Positions 29,341 through 37,309 of a DNA stretch of 64,000 nt are shown here, one piece after another. A program made the position numbers and the translations under genes. Origin of the DNA: an uncultured Planctomycetia bacterium (GTDB lineage: Bacteria > Omnitrophota > Gorgyraeia > Pluralincolimonadales > Pluralincolimonadaceae); the NCBI GenBank assembly GCA_964650515.1, contig CAZYUB010000011.1, positions 4,798 to 68,797 on the forward strand, written 5' to 3'. The notes below the pieces were generated by a model. That model made no database searches, was not told where the DNA came from, and saw only the letters and a program-made list of their open reading frames with translations. Every line of letters starts with the position of its first letter. The first letter of the stretch is position 1.

Positions 29341-30564
29341 TTAGAACCTCGCTTTTATGGATTCAAGGTGCTTGCTGAGCCCCTCGAGCTTTGTTATCTT
29401 CTCAATAGACCTCTTGGCCTTCTCGAGCGCCTTCTTCGAATACGATATTATGTGCGAGGATTTCACGAAATCCTCGACGCCCAGCCCCGAAAAGAAACGC
29501 GCCGTCCCGCTTGTCGGCAGGACATGGCTCGGCCCGGCGACATAATCGCCTATCGCCGTCGGGCTGTACTGCCCGAGGAATATTGCGCCGGCGTTCTTTA
29601 TCCTCTTGAGCCACTTCTGGGGGTTCTTTACCATTATCTGAAGGTGCTCGGGCGCGAGCCGGTTCACGACGTCGCAGGCCTCTTCCATGTTCTTCGCTAT
29701 TATTATATACCCGTTCGTGACTTCCTTCCTGACCAGCTTCGCGAGCGGTTTGGAGGTGGTCACGAGTATAGGCAGCCCCTTGAAATGCTCGCTTTGCGCC
29801 TCGAGGTCCTTTATGACGAACAACGGGTTCGTCGACCTGTTTGCCACGACAACTACCTCGGAAGGGCCCGCTATCATGTCGATATCGGCGTATCCGAAGA
29901 CCTGCCTCTTCGCCTCCGTCACGTAATCATTGCCCGGCCCGACTATCTTGTCCACCTTCTGTATCGTCTTCGTGCCGAACGCGAGCGCCGCTATAGCCTG
30001 CGCGCCGCCGACCTTATAGACCTCATCGACCTTAAGCAGGTTCGCGACTGCCAGTATATACGGGTCGACGCTCTGGAACTTGTTAGGGGGAGTGCAAAGC
30101 ACTATTGACTTTACGCCCGCCACCTTCGCGGGCAATACGGTCATGTATACGGTCGAAACGAGCGGGGCTGTCCCGGCAGGCACGTATATGCCGACGCGCT
30201 CGATCGGCTCGTATTTCTCCCCGAGCACCACGCCGTCCTCGTCGACTATCCTCCACGATTTCTTGTTCCTGACCTGTTTCTTGTAGAACTTCGTTACGTT
30301 ATCAATGATGTTCTTAAGTTCCGATATGAACTCCGAATCGATATCCTGGAACGCGCCGCTTGCCTCGCTCTCCGTGACGCGAAGCTGCCTCGCCGAGAGC
30401 TTGACCTTGTCGAACTTCCTCGTATATTTTATGACCGCCTCATCGCCGTTTAGCCTTACGTCTTCGACGATCCTGCTTACGCTGTCCGAGACCCTCTTCT
30501 TGCGGTTATTATACCGGCTGCAGAGTTTCCCGAATTCCTTGCTGTATAACTTTACGATCTTCAT
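29341..30564 (-). CDS. hisD: Histidinol dehydrogenase
   Basis: 407 aa; canonical HisD; 4-nt overlap with alaS stop. Confidence 0.92.
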   Translation of the reverse strand: MKIVKLYSKEFGKLCSRYNNRKKRVSDSVSRIVEDVRLNGDEAVIKYTRKFDKVKLSARQLRVTESEASGAFQDIDSEFISELKNIIDNVTKFYKKQVRNKKSWRIVDEDGVVLGEKYEPIERVGIYVPAGTAPLVSTVYMTVLPAKVAGVKSIVLCTPPNKFQSVDPYILAVANLLKVDEVYKVGGAQAIAALAFGTKTIQKVDKIVGPGNDYVTEAKRQVFGYADIDMIAGPSEVVVVANRSTNPLFVIKDLEAQSEHFKGLPILVTTSKPLAKLVRKEVTNGYIIIAKNMEEACDVVNRLAPEHLQIMVKNPQKWLKRIKNAGAIFLGQYSPTAIGDYVAGPSHVLPTSGTARFFSGLGVEDFVKSSHIISYSKKALEKAKRSIEKITKLEGLSKHLESIKARF

Positions 30565-33188
30565 CTTTTGATTTCCTTTACGGCTTTTTCCCCGGCTTTC
30601 AGCGCTTCATCCAGTTTAGTAATATCCTTTCCTCCGGCCTGCGCGAGGTCCGGCCGGCCGCCGCCACCGCCCGATATGGCGGAGGACATCGACTTTATTA
30701 CAGCGCGCGCGTCGACAACGCCCTTCGACAGGTCCTGCGTGACCCCGACAACGATGAATGCCTTGCCCTCATAAGCGCCGGCAAGCATCGATACAGCGTT
30801 ATTCCCAAGGGACGATTTTATCGCGTCGGTGAGGTTCACAAGGGTGTCTGGCGCGTATCCGTCGAGCCTTTTGGCGACAATTCCTATGTTATTATCCGAT
30901 AATTCCCTGGCGGACACAAGCTCTTTCGCCTTTTCCTTTATGCTTTCGGACTGGAGGCCCTTAAGCTTCTTCTCGAGGTCATTTACCCTGGAAAGCAGTG
31001 CTTCTATCTGCGCCGGCAGGCCGGCGGGTTTTACGGCAAGCGAATCCGCCACATCCTTCAATATGCCTTCCGACTCCTTTATCTTCCCGTAGGCGGCCTC
31101 ACCGGCGACTGCCTCGATCCTTCGTATGCCGGCCGCGACCGAGCCCTCCGACATAATCTTGAATATCCCTATTTCGCCGGTAGCGCCGAGGTGCGTGCCT
31201 CCGCAGAATTCTTTCGATATCCCTTTCACGTCAACTACGCGCACTTTCTTGTCGTACTTTTCGCCGAAGAGCGCCGTCGCCCCCGTATTCTTCGCCTCTT
31301 CTATATCCATCACGCGGATATTGAGAGGGGCGTTCTTCCTGACAAATTCGTTCACCAGGGATTCCGCCGCCTCGATCTCTTCGGCGCTCATAGGCTTGAA
31401 ATGCGTAAAATCGAACCGCAACCTGTCCTGCGCGACCAATGAACCCGACTGGCTCACGTGCGCCCCGAGGACCTTGCGGAGCGCCGCCTGCAGGAGGTGC
31501 GTCGCCGTATGGTGGCGCGCGATGGCCATCCTTCTCCGGGTATCGACGGCCGCCTTGACCTTATCGCCGACCTTTACCCTGCCTTCTTTTATGCTACAAA
31601 TATGGACCGGCACCTTCTCGACCAGTTTAGTATCCGTGACGGTGATATCCAGCCCTTCGCCTTCAAGCCTGCCGGTATCGCCTACCTGTCCGCCCGTCTC
31701 TCCGTAGAAGGGCGTCCTGTCGAGAACCGCGGCGAATTCCGAAGGGGCCTCAACGGACCCTACCGCCTTGTTCTCCTTGACCAGCGCGATTATCGACGCA
31801 TCGGACTCAAGCGCGTCATATCCGATATATTCCGATCTCGATCCTGTACCGAGCACCGCCGCCGTAAGCGTCTCGGCGAATACCTCGCCGGTCAGCTTTG
31901 TCGCGCCGCGCGATTTCCTGCGTTGCCCGTCCATGAGTATCTCGTATCCTGTTATATCAAGCTCCAGCCCCTCTCCGGCCGCGAACTCCCTGATGAGGTC
32001 GAGCGGAAGGCCGCGCGTATCGTGGAAATAGAATAATTTATCTCCCGGTATCACGTTCTCATTCCTTGCCTTTATTTCCGCAGCGGCCGATTCCAGGTCT
32101 TCCCTGACATCTTCGTTTATCTGGAAGAACTTTTCTTCCTCTGACTTGATGATGACGCTGATATTTTCCCTGCGCTCGCCAAGCTCCGGATAACCGCCTT
32201 TCATCGCGCGGACCACGCTGTCCACTAGCTTGAAAAGGAAGGGCTCGTTCATGCCGAGGAATTTCCCGTGGACCAGCGAGCGCCTTATCAGGGTCTTAAG
32301 GACATATCCCCTCCCGGTATTCGCCGGAAGGACGCCGTCCGCGATGCAGAATACGGCGGCCCTCACATGGTCGGCTATGGCGTTTCTGCGTCCGGCGTCG
32401 CCATTGTCGGTAAGCCGCTTTATCTCGTCTATGATAGGTATGAAGATATCCGTATCGAAATTCGTCGGCACGCCCTGCATGACGGACGCGAGCCGCTCAA
32501 GCCCCATACCCGTATCTATGTTCTTGTTCGGCAGCGGCTCGAGCATATTCAAGCCCGTCCTGTTGAACTGGGTGAAAACAAGATTCCAGACCTCGACATG
32601 CCTGCGGCAGCATCCCGGCTTGCAGTCCGGTTTTCCGCAGCCGTACTTCTCGCCGCGGTCGAAATATATCTCCGAGCACGGGCCGCAAGGGCCGTTCGGG
32701 CCTTCCTCAGGCGCGTTTGCCGGCCAGAAATTATCCTTCGCGCCGAATCTTAAGATCCTGCTCTCGGGTACCTTGATCTTATCTTTCCATATCTTGAACG
32801 CCTCGTCGTCATCCTTGTAGACAGACACCCAGAGTTCTTCTTCCCGCATGCCGAGTTCTTTTGTAAGGAACTCCCATGCCCAGGCGATAGCTTCCTCCTT
32901 GAAGTAATCGCCGAAGGAGAAGTTACCGAGCATCTCAAAGAACGAATGGTGCGAGGGCGTCTTGCCTACATTGTCGAGGTCTCCGGTCCTTAGGCATTTC
33001 TGGCAGCTCGCGGCGCGCCGCATATCTTTCCTCTTACCGAGGAAATAGTCCTTGAACTGGTTCATCCCGGCGCTCGTGAAGAGGACTGTTGGGTCGTCCT
33101 TCGGGACAAGTGAGTCGGACGCGACGACGGGATGCCCCTTCGCCTCAAAATATTTCAGGAATTTACTCCTCAGTTGGTCCGTAGTCAT
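30561..33188 (-). CDS. alaS: Alanine--tRNA ligase
   Basis: 875 aa; MTTDQLRSKFLKYFEAKGH..; editing-domain HxxxH..CGGTH. Confidence 0.95.
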   Translation of the reverse strand: MTTDQLRSKFLKYFEAKGHPVVASDSLVPKDDPTVLFTSAGMNQFKDYFLGKRKDMRRAASCQKCLRTGDLDNVGKTPSHHSFFEMLGNFSFGDYFKEEAIAWAWEFLTKELGMREEELWVSVYKDDDEAFKIWKDKIKVPESRILRFGAKDNFWPANAPEEGPNGPCGPCSEIYFDRGEKYGCGKPDCKPGCCRRHVEVWNLVFTQFNRTGLNMLEPLPNKNIDTGMGLERLASVMQGVPTNFDTDIFIPIIDEIKRLTDNGDAGRRNAIADHVRAAVFCIADGVLPANTGRGYVLKTLIRRSLVHGKFLGMNEPFLFKLVDSVVRAMKGGYPELGERRENISVIIKSEEEKFFQINEDVREDLESAAAEIKARNENVIPGDKLFYFHDTRGLPLDLIREFAAGEGLELDITGYEILMDGQRRKSRGATKLTGEVFAETLTAAVLGTGSRSEYIGYDALESDASIIALVKENKAVGSVEAPSEFAAVLDRTPFYGETGGQVGDTGRLEGEGLDITVTDTKLVEKVPVHICSIKEGRVKVGDKVKAAVDTRRRMAIARHHTATHLLQAALRKVLGAHVSQSGSLVAQDRLRFDFTHFKPMSAEEIEAAESLVNEFVRKNAPLNIRVMDIEEAKNTGATALFGEKYDKKVRVVDVKGISKEFCGGTHLGATGEIGIFKIMSEGSVAAGIRRIEAVAGEAAYGKIKESEGILKDVADSLAVKPAGLPAQIEALLSRVNDLEKKLKGLQSESIKEKAKELVSARELSDNNIGIVAKRLDGYAPDTLVNLTDAIKSSLGNNAVSMLAGAYEGKAFIVVGVTQDLSKGVVDARAVIKSMSSAISGGGGGRPDLAQAGGKDITKLDEALKAGEKAVKEIKR

Positions 33189-33711
33189 AATTGTCCTTGA
33201 TGACCTTCCAGATCGTGTTGTAGGAAAAACCTTTGCGGCTTAAAAAGTCGAAGACCTTCTTCTTGGCCTTTTCAGGGTCGAGCCCCTTCAACCCCAATAT
33301 CTTTCTCCTGGCGAGCGGGCCCGCTAACTCCGCCTCGTCATAAATTCCCTTATATCCGTCGAAGGCCGCTTCTATCGTTTTTTCTTCGATACCCTTCGCC
33401 CTGAGCTCCCTGACTATAAGGCTTTTACCGGCGGGTTTCAGCGATATCCTGTCGCCTATCCAGAGCTTCGCGAACGCCTTATCGTCAAGAAGGCCTTTAC
33501 CCTCAAGCTCATCTATCGCGCGGGCTATTATGACGCCGCGATGCCCCTTCTGTTTAAGTCGCCCTGCCATCTCCTTGACGCTGCGCGGGCGGAACCTTAA
33601 TAGCCTTAAGGCATCCGCCCTCGCTTTGTGCAATGCCTCATCATCCGCGCCGATATTACCGTTTTTCGTCTCTTTCCTGTCCTTCTTTCGGCTCTTCCTT
33701 GATAACGGCAT
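33163..33711 (-). CDS. recX: Regulatory protein RecX
   Basis: 182 aa; RecX three-helix-repeat pattern. Confidence 0.75.
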   Translation of the reverse strand: MPLSRKSRKKDRKETKNGNIGADDEALHKARADALRLLRFRPRSVKEMAGRLKQKGHRGVIIARAIDELEGKGLLDDKAFAKLWIGDRISLKPAGKSLIVRELRAKGIEEKTIEAAFDGYKGIYDEAELAGPLARRKILGLKGLDPEKAKKKVFDFLSRKGFSYNTIWKVIKDNYDYGPTEE

Positions 33712-35071
33712 ATCCCCGGTTCGTCAACAGCAGGACATCTCCGTTAAGGCCCTTTATGGCCTTGTTGTAATCCGTAGCATTCTTTACAGGCTTCCTGTTT
33801 ATCTCCAGTATCTTATCGCCGCGCCTGAGCCCTGCGGCATCCGCGGGGCTTCCGGGCTCGACGTTGCTGACCGTTACACCGTCCTTGTCAATGACCTCTA
33901 TGCCGCGCCAGGAACCGAGTTCCGCGTCGGCGTATTCCTCTATCGCCTCAGGCCTTTGCGCGACCTCGATATCGAGCGTCACGTCCCTCCTGTCCCGCAG
34001 CACTACGACCTTTGTCTTCTTCCCGATCGGCGCCCTTCCCACAAGCTTCAACAGTTCGCGAACGTTCTCGACGGGTTTCCCGTCGAACGTCCTGATGATG
34101 TCGCCCGTCTTCATCTTGCCCTTTTCTGCCGGGCTGCCGCTCATCACTTTCGCGACTACAACGCCTTTCGTGCCGGAAAGCCCGAATTGTTTCGCGAGGT
34201 CCTCGTCGAGGTCCTGCACATTGACGCCAAGCCATCCGTAGAGCACCTTCCTGCCCGATATGAGGTCGCCAAGCACCCTCTTTGCGACATTTATCGGTAT
34301 CGCGAAGCCGATTCCCTGGTATCCGCCTGTCGTCGATATTATCGCAACGTTAATGCCTATGACCTTGCCGTCTATATTGACGAGAGGGCCTCCGCTGTTG
34401 CCGGGATTTATCGCCGCGTCGGTCTGTATCAGGTCGGAATAATCACGATCCCCCCGGCCGGACCTCGGCAGCGAGCGGTTGAGCGCGCTTATCACGCCTA
34501 CGGTCACCGTCGGCTTGGATGATATGCCGAACGGATTGCCTACGGCAAGCGTGAACTGCCCTATCTTTACGCTATCGGAATCTGCCAGCTCAAGCGCATT
34601 GAGGCTCGATGCGTTTATCTTTATGACCGCGAGGTCGGCCCTCGTATCCTGTCCCTTGACCTTTCCCTCGAATTTCCTTCCGTCAGGCAGGATGACCTCG
34701 ATCTTGTCGGCGCCGTCAACGACATGGTGGTTCGTCAGTATATAACCGTCGGGGTCTATGATGAATCCGGAGCCGATGCCCCTCTGCATATACTCACGCT
34801 CGGGTATGTCACCGAAGAAGTCCTTGAAGAACTGACGGAACATCTCATCATCACCCGCTCCGCCGTAAGGGCTGCGAATCTTCGCCGTATGCATAGTTGA
34901 TATAGCCACGACCGACGGGCCCACCCTGTCCGCGACACCGGCAAAGGCGTTCTCGAGCGACTTCGCGACGGCTACGTCCCCGTCGAGGGCGGCAGTGCCT
35001 GCATGCGAGTGCCCGCACACGGATACCGCCAATACTAACTGTAATATCAAATAGACAAACCGCTTAAACAT
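33656..35071 (-). CDS. htrA: Periplasmic serine endoprotease DegP/HtrA family (trypsin domain + two PDZ)
   Basis: 471 aa; signal peptide; GNSGGPLVN catalytic Ser motif; two PDZ-like segments. Confidence 0.9.
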   Translation of the reverse strand: MFKRFVYLILQLVLAVSVCGHSHAGTAALDGDVAVAKSLENAFAGVADRVGPSVVAISTMHTAKIRSPYGGAGDDEMFRQFFKDFFGDIPEREYMQRGIGSGFIIDPDGYILTNHHVVDGADKIEVILPDGRKFEGKVKGQDTRADLAVIKINASSLNALELADSDSVKIGQFTLAVGNPFGISSKPTVTVGVISALNRSLPRSGRGDRDYSDLIQTDAAINPGNSGGPLVNIDGKVIGINVAIISTTGGYQGIGFAIPINVAKRVLGDLISGRKVLYGWLGVNVQDLDEDLAKQFGLSGTKGVVVAKVMSGSPAEKGKMKTGDIIRTFDGKPVENVRELLKLVGRAPIGKKTKVVVLRDRRDVTLDIEVAQRPEAIEEYADAELGSWRGIEVIDKDGVTVSNVEPGSPADAAGLRRGDKILEINRKPVKNATDYNKAIKGLNGDVLLLTNRGYAVIKEEPKEGQERDEKR

Positions 35072-35094
35072 GGCTGGCCTACCTCCTTGCTTGT

Positions 35095-36141
35095 TTATGC
35101 GATAACGCTGTCCCTGATCTTCTTTTCGAGTTCGTGCAGGAGTTTCGGGTTCTCCTTGAGGAATACCTTGGCGTTCTCACGGCCCTGCCCGATCTTCTGC
35201 TCCCCGTACGTGAGCCATGAGCCGCTCTTGTCGATGATCCCGAGGTTTACCGCGAGGTCTATGATATCGCCGGTGCGTGAGATGCCCTCGTTATAGATTA
35301 TATCGAACTCGGCCTGCCTGAACGGCGCTGCGACCTTGTTCTTTACGACCTTTACCCTGACATGGCTTCCGACGGATACGTCGTTCATCTTGATGTTGTC
35401 TATGCGCCTTATATCAAGCCTTACTGACGCGTAGAACTTTAGCGCGCGGCCGCCGGGGGTCGTCTCGGGGTTGCCGAACATCACGCCTATCTTCTCCCGG
35501 ATCTGGTTTATGAATATTACCGACGTCTTTGACTTGCTTATCGAAGAGGTTAACTTGCGCAGCGCCTGCGACATCAACCTTGCCTGGAGGCCAACGTGCG
35601 AGTCGCCCATCTCGCCCTCGATCTCTGCCCTAGGGACGAGCGCCGCTACGGAATCCACTATTACAACGTCCACCGCGCTTGATTTTACGAGCGTCTCGCA
35701 GATTTCGAGCGCCTGTTCGCCGGAGTCCGGTTGTGATATAAGCAGGTCGTCAAGGTTGACTCCCAGCTTCTTGGCGTATGTGGAATCGAACGCGTGTTCG
35801 GCGTCTATAAAAGCCGCGACGCCGCCCCTCCTCTGCGCCTCGGAGACGATGCTCAATGAGAGGGTGGTCTTGCCCGATGACTCGGGTCCATATATCTCTA
35901 TCACGCGCCCTCTCGGTATGCCGCCGACGCCGATCGCTATATCAAGGGAAAGCGCGCCTGTAGGTATCGAATCCACCTTCGCGTGCGTATCCCCGCCGAG
36001 CTTCATTATGGAGCCCTTGCCGAATTGTTTCTCGATATGCGCCAGCGCCAACTCGAGCGCCTTGGTCCTCTCGGCCGTTACTTTATCCTTCTCCTGCTGT
36101 TTCTCTTCCTTTTTCGTTTCCTTCTCTTCCTTCTTTACCAT
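35095..36141 (-). CDS. recA: Recombinase RecA with ~30-aa Lys/Glu-rich N-terminal extension
   Basis: Start at ATG 36141 preceded by AAAGGAGGG SD; Walker [10 protein letters not shown]; extension [30 protein letters not shown] precedes the canonical ..[11 protein letters not shown]. Confidence 0.9.
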   Translation of the reverse strand: MVKKEEKETKKEEKQQEKDKVTAERTKALELALAHIEKQFGKGSIMKLGGDTHAKVDSIPTGALSLDIAIGVGGIPRGRVIEIYGPESSGKTTLSLSIVSEAQRRGGVAAFIDAEHAFDSTYAKKLGVNLDDLLISQPDSGEQALEICETLVKSSAVDVVIVDSVAALVPRAEIEGEMGDSHVGLQARLMSQALRKLTSSISKSKTSVIFINQIREKIGVMFGNPETTPGGRALKFYASVRLDIRRIDNIKMNDVSVGSHVRVKVVKNKVAAPFRQAEFDIIYNEGISRTGDIIDLAVNLGIIDKSGSWLTYGEQKIGQGRENAKVFLKENPKLLHELEKKIRDSVIA

Positions 36142-36258
36142 ATTCTTCCCTCCTTTAGGTTTATATGGTTTATGCGCCGCCAACAAGGTAATAGACGGCG
36201 CCTTGAGGGAAATTCTTTCAAATATTTTAGGCAGGGCTTCTCGCCTCACGACTGGATT

Positions 36259-36287
36259 ATTATACGATTACGGTATTCCTTTGTAAA
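36259..36287 (-). promoter_or_regulatory. Putative recA sigma70 promoter
   Basis: Minus strand: TTTACA (36287-36282), 17-nt spacer, TATAAT (36264-36259); ~110-nt leader. Confidence 0.45.
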
Positions 36288-36321
36288 GAGAAATCAGGCG
36301 GGCTATTTTGACGCAACTTAA

Positions 36322-36355
36322 ACGGCGGCTATCAGATAAAACCGATAGCCGCCGT
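36322..36355. terminator. Perfect 12-bp stem / 10-nt loop hairpin (ACGGCGGCTATC..GATAGCCGCCGT) without a strong U-tract
   Basis: Seen directly; lies between the amidohydrolase/GH operon end and the recA promoter. Confidence 0.4.
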
Positions 36356-36387
36356 CAGATCCTTAACTGGATTTAACGAGTAGGGCG

Positions 36388-36501
36388 TTACTTTACCGTC
36401 ACTGTTCCGCTCGGTGTCGTCACGGAAAGGCTCTCCTTCTTCTCGCATCCTACCAGGACGACCATCGATACCATCAATATCGCGATCACAAATAACCTCA
36501 T
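36388..36501 (-). CDS. Possible 37-aa mini-lipoprotein (not in ORF track; below length cut-off)
   Basis: MRLFVIAILMVSMVVLVGCEKKESLSVTTPSGTVTVK: signal peptide + lipobox LVGC; GGGGGTG SD-like 9 nt upstream; start overlaps amidohydrolase stop. Confidence 0.3.
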   Translation of the reverse strand: MRLFVIAILMVSMVVLVGCEKKESLSVTTPSGTVTVK

Positions 36502-36508
36502 CAGTCAT

Positions 36509-37309
36509 TCACCCCCTTCCGTTCAATGAATCCAGCAAATCCTTGGCATTGCCTGACAATATCATATCCTTAAGCCCTTTGTCAATATCAAGCCGGCCGA
36601 TATGGCCCAGGTCCTTTCCCTGGTCCGTAAGCGGGAAATCTGTCCCGAAGAGCAGGCGGTCCGGCCTGTGGGATAATATAAGGTCTTTTATCTGTGCGTC
36701 GGGAAGGAACCCGAAGAAGAATGAAGTGTCAAGGTAGATGTCCTTTCCTAACAGGTGCCGACTGACCTCGTCCCAAAGGCGGAAGCCCCCAAAATGAGCC
36801 CCGATCATCCTGAGGCCGCGGAACCTGTCCTTTACTTTTGCGATACGGGACGGCGAGGACCTGACGAGCATCGTGCCCGAGAGTTCCTCTCCGCAATGGA
36901 ACAGGACCGGCAATCCGGCCCTCTCTATCTGCTCGTACGCGGGGAACACCTTTTCGTCATCGACGAAAAATTCCTGGAATTCCGGCTGGAGTTTTATACC
37001 GTCGCCGTTATCGCGTATCCTTTTGAGCTCGTCCTTCCAGCCCGGGAAGGCGGGATGGAAGGCGCAGAAGACCCTTAATCGTTCGCTCCTGATGCCGAAG
37101 AGCCAGTCGTTTATGCCGGTGACCTGTTCCGGCCTAGTCGCGACGGAGCAGATGACGCTTATGTCTATCCCGTTGCGGTCCATGTGCTCGAGCAGGTTGC
37201 CCGCCGTAGGGTCGCAGACCATCTTCTCGCCGAACAGCTTTTCAAGGCTCTCCCGCGCCTTCCGCGATACCTTCTCCGGCCAGGCGTGGGTGTGGATATC
37301 TATTATCAC
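36509..37309 (-). CDS. Amidohydrolase-2 family metal-dependent hydrolase (TIM barrel)
   Basis: ..IIDIHTHAWP.. motif. Start placed at GTG 37309 (GTGA overlap with upstream stop) instead of the overlapping longer track ORF. Confidence 0.7.
   Translation of the reverse strand: MIIDIHTHAWPEKVSRKARESLEKLFGEKMVCDPTAGNLLEHMDRNGIDISVICSVATRPEQVTGINDWLFGIRSERLRVFCAFHPAFPGWKDELKRIRDNGDGIKLQPEFQEFFVDDEKVFPAYEQIERAGLPVLFHCGEELSGTMLVRSSPSRIAKVKDRFRGLRMIGAHFGGFRLWDEVSRHLLGKDIYLDTSFFFGFLPDAQIKDLILSHRPDRLLFGTDFPLTDQGKDLGHIGRLDIDKGLKDMILSGNAKDLLDSLNGRG

Noticed and set aside
29317-30108. 263-aa plus-strand ORF antisense to hisD (also 31458-32036 and 32230-32820 antisense to alaS; 33530-34522 antisense to htrA)
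   Set aside because: Antisense artefacts within confidently assigned conserved genes.
36142-36249. Upstream alternative start of recA giving [19 protein letters not shown]... extension
   Set aside because: The extension is hydrophobic/basic and unrelated to RecA, lacks an SD, and would place the predicted promoter inside the gene. ATG 36141 has an excellent AAAGGAGGG SD.
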